Source: an uncultured bacterium (GTDB lineage Bacteria; Actinomycetota; Acidimicrobiia; Acidimicrobiales; VFJN01). Taken from it: DNA of 64,000 nt. Positions 60,395-64,000 of the stretch are shown here, one piece after another. The position numbers were made by a program, and so were the translations under genes. Where the stretch lies: positions 92,620-156,619 of the forward strand of contig CAVQVM010000022.1 in assembly GCA_963717085.1 (NCBI GenBank), written 5' to 3'. Position 1 is the stretch's first letter, and the number at the start of each line of letters is the position of its first letter. A model generated the notes under the pieces. That model saw only the letters and a program-made list of their open reading frames with translations. It searched no databases and was not told the origin of the DNA.

Positions 60395-61632
60395 GCCGGG
60401 CCGAAGATGAGAGCCGCCACCTTCTCCGCGGCATCTGACTGCATCCCCTTGATGACGTGCTGGTAGGTCTGCCAGGTGATCAGCGGGCTCGAGTGCCCTA
60501 GCCGCTCCGAGACGATGCGGACGTCGACGCCGGCCACGAGAGCGAGCGTTGCCCACGTGTGCCGTAGGTCGTGGAGCCGGATACGGGGAAGCTCGTCGCG
60601 GTATGGCAATCGTGCGAGCGTCCGGTCGAACATCTTCGAGAAGTACTCGGGCTGGTACGGCCGGCCGTCAGGTCGGCAGAACACGAGGTCGTTGTCTTCG
60701 TACGCGGATCCGACGAGGAGGCGCTCTTCGGCCTGGTGGGCCCGCCACGTTCGCAGCGCGGCGAGGGTCTGCCGGTCGAGCTCGATCACCCGGGCCCGAC
60801 CCGTCTTCGTCCACGGCTTGATCCGGGCTTCCCGACCGTGCCCGTCGGCCTTTCGGAGCGGCACGACGGTCTGACGGATCGCCGCTGTCGCTTCGTCGAA
60901 GGAGATGTCGCGCCAGCGGAGGCCGAGCGCTTCGCCCCGCCGACAGCCGCTCGTCGCCAGGAACAGCCAGACGAAGTGGAACCGGTGGCGGGCGCGCGTG
61001 AACTCGGGCTCGGGGCCATCCGGTCCGCCGTCGCGCTCGCTCAGCTCGAGGAACCGCCGCAGCTGTTCCCGCGACCACACGGTCATCTCGGGCGCCTTCG
61101 CTGAACGTGCCGACGGCGGATTCGCCTGATCAGCCGGGTTGACCGGGATGCGCCGCCACTTGACCGCATCGTCGAGGGCGCCGTGGAGGATGGCGTGGAT
61201 GTAGCGCACGGTTCGGGGCGACAGCCCGCCGGGTCGGCCGTCCCGTCGGCCTCCGGCGAGGAGGTTCGCGTAGAGCCTGTTGAGCGAGCCGGCGTCGATG
61301 GTCTGGAGCTGAGCGCCACCCAGGTACGGGACGACATGAAGGCGGACCTTCCGCTCGTAGTCCTCCCACGTCGACTCCTCGAGCTCCCTCCTCATCGCCG
61401 GCAACCAGTCGTCGACAAGGAAGGCGCGGAACGTCTGGCGCTGCGGCGCGACGAAGGTCCCTCTCCGCGCCGCGCTCCGCAGCTCGTCCAGCGCCTCGAG
61501 CGCCGCCTTCTTCGTGGGAAACCCACGGCGCTTGGCCTGACGGCGCCTCCCGCGCACATCCGGTGGCAGATCGACAACGAACCACCACGTCCCCGTCTTC
61601 GGGTCCTTCCTCGGCGCTGCGGTCGTCGACAC
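60391..61632 (-). CDS. Tyrosine-type site-specific integrase
   Basis: C-terminal catalytic region RRGEALGLRW...LHDLRHTWATLALVAGVDVRIVSERLGHSSPLITWQTYQHV (R...HxxR...H...Y). N-terminal SAM-like/AP2-like DNA-binding part. Confidence 0.9.
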   Translation of the reverse strand: MSTTAAPRKDPKTGTWWFVVDLPPDVRGRRRQAKRRGFPTKKAALEALDELRSAARRGTFVAPQRQTFRAFLVDDWLPAMRRELEESTWEDYERKVRLHVVPYLGGAQLQTIDAGSLNRLYANLLAGGRRDGRPGGLSPRTVRYIHAILHGALDDAVKWRRIPVNPADQANPPSARSAKAPEMTVWSREQLRRFLELSERDGGPDGPEPEFTRARHRFHFVWLFLATSGCRRGEALGLRWRDISFDEATAAIRQTVVPLRKADGHGREARIKPWTKTGRARVIELDRQTLAALRTWRAHQAEERLLVGSAYEDNDLVFCRPDGRPYQPEYFSKMFDRTLARLPYRDELPRIRLHDLRHTWATLALVAGVDVRIVSERLGHSSPLITWQTYQHVIKGMQSDAAEKVAALIFGPA

Positions 61633-61635
61633 CGC

Positions 61636-62397
61636 TTACCCCCGCTTGGTCTTTCGTCGGCTGGCGGGCGGTGTCGTGCCGTCCGCGATGTCGGCCCGTG
61701 CCGCTTCGTCCATCGTGCCGGCTGATGCCGTCTCGTCCGCCGCCGAGCGGTGCTCGGGTGATGTGACGAAGTCCTCGTCGTGGGTGTGCTCGGCGACAAA
61801 GCCGCGGATGCCGACCTGGCGGAGGTGGTCGACGAGCCGGCCGAGTTCGTCGACGGCGGTGTCGAAGCTGTCGGCGTGCTCGTCGAGCAGCGCGAGGAGC
61901 AGCTCCTTGCGGCGTTCGCGGTAGCTCCACTGGCGGGCCCGGCTGGGGGTGCCGGTGATGCGTTCGACGGCTTCGTCGGCTGAGCTCGGCTCGGTGATGC
62001 CGTGCTCGCGGAGCCGTGCGTAGACGGGCTCGAGCTGGTCGGGGCGCCCGAGCAGCCAGCTGTAGAGCTCGTCCACTTGGCGGGTGGTGCCGCGCATCAG
62101 CCGGTGGTCGCCGGGAGGCGGGAGCAGGAACCACAGCATCGGCAGGTCGAAAACCATGGCGAAGACGAGGAGCTCGTGGGCGTCGAACTCGCGGCGGCGT
62201 TCGCCGTCCCAGGCGCGTTCGATGGCCGAGACGCTGGCCTGAGTTAGCCGCTGGCCGAGGTAGGGCTCCATGCGGGCGGCGAACTGCTCCTGGGTCCAGC
62301 CCCGCAGCTCGCGGGCGGCGCGCACGTTGTAGGCCACGACCTGGTTGAGGTCGACCTCAGGCAGAGGAGGCGGCTCTGGTGCGCGGCGTCGGGGCAC
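61636..62397 (-). CDS. XRE-family HTH protein with extended C-terminal domain
   Basis: VVAYNVRAARELRGWTQEQFAARME...QASVSAIERA. The stop lies 3 nt before the integrase start. Confidence 0.7.
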   Translation of the reverse strand: MPRRRAPEPPPLPEVDLNQVVAYNVRAARELRGWTQEQFAARMEPYLGQRLTQASVSAIERAWDGERRREFDAHELLVFAMVFDLPMLWFLLPPPGDHRLMRGTTRQVDELYSWLLGRPDQLEPVYARLREHGITEPSSADEAVERITGTPSRARQWSYRERRKELLLALLDEHADSFDTAVDELGRLVDHLRQVGIRGFVAEHTHDEDFVTSPEHRSAADETASAGTMDEAARADIADGTTPPASRRKTKRG

Positions 62398-62487
62398 GCG
62401 CCAGAGAGTACATCACTTACAGACCGTGCTGATACTTCCTCCGAGCATTGTCACCCTGGTACTATCTGCTGCCAGTCCTCGCAACGT

Positions 62488-62883
62488 TTGGAGGTTGTGG
62501 AGATGTGCGAGCAGGTCCCGGCTCTGCTGACCGTCGAAGAGGCGGCTGTCCTGCTCCGCGTCGGACGCACGAAGGCGTACGCAATGACGCAGGAGTGGCG
62601 CGCGTCCGGTGCGCGCTCCGGCCTGCCCGTCGTCGACTTCGGCAACGTGCTGCGCGTGCCGAGGCAAGCGCTGGAGGAGCTGCTGGGTGTCGACCTGACA
62701 ACCGTCGGGGAGGTCCAAGCACAGGTGGCCCGAGCGCCCGCCGTAGAGCGCGCTGGCGCCGCTGCTGCCGACGGGAGCGCCCGAGGCGTTCAGGACTCGG
62801 CCCCAGTGGCCGCTTCGGTGGCGAAGCACAAGAGGGGGGCGCGGCGCGTTCCCCCGGCGCAGGCAGCGCTGTTCGACGCATGA
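62488..62883 (+). CDS. Excisionase-family / HTH_17 DNA-binding protein
   Basis: LLTVEEAAVLLRVGRTKAYAMTQEW...VVDFGNVLRVPRQALEELL. The start may be Met-6 (62503). Confidence 0.65.
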   Translation: MEVVEMCEQVPALLTVEEAAVLLRVGRTKAYAMTQEWRASGARSGLPVVDFGNVLRVPRQALEELLGVDLTTVGEVQAQVARAPAVERAGAAAADGSARGVQDSAPVAASVAKHKRGARRVPPAQAALFDA

Positions 62884-63023
62884 GCGCGGGCCGTCGGTGA
62901 CGCGTCGATCCCCCGGCGTGGAGGCCACCGTGACGCCGTCGCGAACGGAGTCCGCCCATCGCGCGTGCGCCAACGGCCACCCGGCAGACTCATGCAACGC
63001 GACGAACCGGCACGCATCCAAGC

Positions 63024-63150
63024 GCCGGAACCCGCGAAGCCGAGCAGCGCGCAACCGGCGAAGGCCGGAACCCGCAAAGCCGAGCAGACCCGAACCCGCG
63101 AGACCGAGGAACCCGGAAGTCCGGAACACGGAGCGCCGGAACGCCGAGCC
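63024..63150. repeat. Direct repeats GCCGGAACCCGC(G/A)AAGCCGAGCAG (x2, 40-nt period) plus degenerate CCGGAAC repeats upstream of the relaxase
   Basis: Copies at 63024-63047 and 63064-63087. Further CCGGAAC / GGAACCCGG motifs at ~63109, 63121 and 63135. Confidence 0.7.
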
Positions 63151-63237
63151 CGAGGATCGGCGCAGACATTGGCACCCTGCGGTGCCGGGATCTCGGGCCG
63201 CCGTCCCGGCGGCCCGCCGCCTCGTCGGTGGTGGCCG

Positions 63238-64000
63238 ATGCTGAGCCGGGGGAAGGTGACCCCTGCGACCGTGTCTTACTACACGGACACGGTCGCGCGC
63301 GGGCTGGATGACTACTACGCGGGCCGAGGCGAAGCTCCGGGCGGTGGGTCGGCCGCGGCTCGGCCGCAGCCGGCCTGAGCGGGGAGGTCGCAGCGGAGGA
63401 GCTGGTGCGCCTGTTCGACGGCGTCCACCCGCGGACGGGGGAGTCCCTGGGCGAGGCGTATCGGGTGCGGGACGGCGCGGATCGGGTGACCGGGTGGGAC
63501 CTGACGTTCTCGGCGCCGAAGTCCGTGTCGGCGTTGTGGGCCACGGTCGGCGGCGAGGTCGGCATGGAGGTGCGCGACGCCCACGACGCCGCGGTGGCCG
63601 CGGCGCTCGACTATCTGGAGGACCACGCCGCCTTCAGCCGCCAGGGCAAGGCGGGAGTGCGCCAGGTCGACAGCGAGGGACTTCTCGCGGCGGCGTTCGT
63701 GCATCGTTCGTCGCGGGCCGGTGACCCGCAGCTGCACACCCATGTCCTGGTTTCCGGACGGGTGCGCTGCGCCGACGGGGTGTGGCGGGCGCTTGACTCG
63801 CGGGCGCTGCACCGCGAGCTGAAGACCGCCGGCATGGTGTACCAGGCGGGGCTGCGGGTGGAGCTCGCGAACCGGCTCGGCGTGGCGTGGACGCCGGTGG
63901 ACCGCCACGGTCAGGCGGAGGTCGTCGGTGTCCCGAACGAGCTGCGTGCCCTGTTCTCGAAGCGGGCAACCGCGGTGGAGGCGCGGGCTCGGGAGCTGAT
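63238..64000 (+). pseudogene. MOBF (TrwC-type) relaxase, N-terminal part, apparently frameshifted at ~63340-63345; 3' end outside window
   Basis: Frame 1 reads MLSRGKVTPATVSYYTDTVARGLDDYYAGRGEAPG, then runs to a stop at 63376. The -1 frame continues RWVGRGSAAAGLSGEV...WDLTFSAPKSVS...FVHRSSRAGDPQLHTHVLV (His-triad motif) open to the window edge. Confidence 0.75.

Larger units (their letters stand above)
59889..64000. mobile_element. Left end of an integrative (probably mobilisable or conjugative) element inserted at tRNA-Gln; continues beyond the window
   Basis: A tRNA is followed at once by a locally AT-richer segment. Then come Xis-like HTH, tyrosine integrase, XRE regulator, a second excisionase-family HTH, a repeat-rich spacer and a TrwC-type relaxase. 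Confidence 0.7.

Noticed and set aside
63337-63345. Programmed -1 ribosomal frameshift in the relaxase gene.
   Set aside because: There is no X XXY YYZ slippery heptamer and no obvious downstream pseudoknot. A 1-nt deletion or a sequencing error in a G/C run is more parsimonious.

Overview
Very GC-rich actinobacterial chromosome segment; the lineage cannot be fixed from sequence alone. Gene content and partial synteny resemble the conserved actinobacterial core block gatCAB / ilvBNC / serA / leuB / gltX / leuCD-IclR known from mycobacteria and corynebacteria. Most of the window is housekeeping. It holds a dispersed branched-chain amino-acid super-cluster (ilvD, ilvBNC, leuA, leuCD, leuB-ilvE-cimA), serA/serC, gatCAB, gltX and greA. 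It also holds a form-I-type CO-dehydrogenase cluster (coxMSL plus an XdhC-YHS fusion plus a beta-carbonic anhydrase), a SigF-like partner-switching module, several peptidases and hydrolases, and F420/LLM-type oxidoreductases. From a tRNA-Gln at 59.8 kb to the window edge there is the left end of an integrated mobile element: tyrosine integrase, Xis-like HTH genes, an XRE regulator, and a MOBF/TrwC-type relaxase that appears frameshifted. Two kinds of structure are not explained by ordinary gene calls. (1) Three paralogous leader-peptide attenuators sit in front of ilvB, leuA and leuB-ilvE-cimA, with regulatory codons that differ sensibly (LLVIL / LLL / VIIIV). (2) At least four families of short GC-rich repeats are present. 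These are a 97-bp four-arm palindromic element (3 copies with identical arm spacing), a ~130-bp element with terminal inverted repeats (2 copies), and a GAGCGG / GCGAAGC-hairpin family. That last family forms a tandem array between ilvN and ilvC and also occurs in-frame inside two protein-coding genes. The fourth family is a 71-bp tandem duplication. I found no CRISPR array, no rRNA and no recognisable defence system. Many long ORFs in the supplied track are GC-driven antisense or out-of-frame artefacts. All coordinates of sub-60-aa ORFs and RNA structures were derived by hand and anchored to track ORFs.
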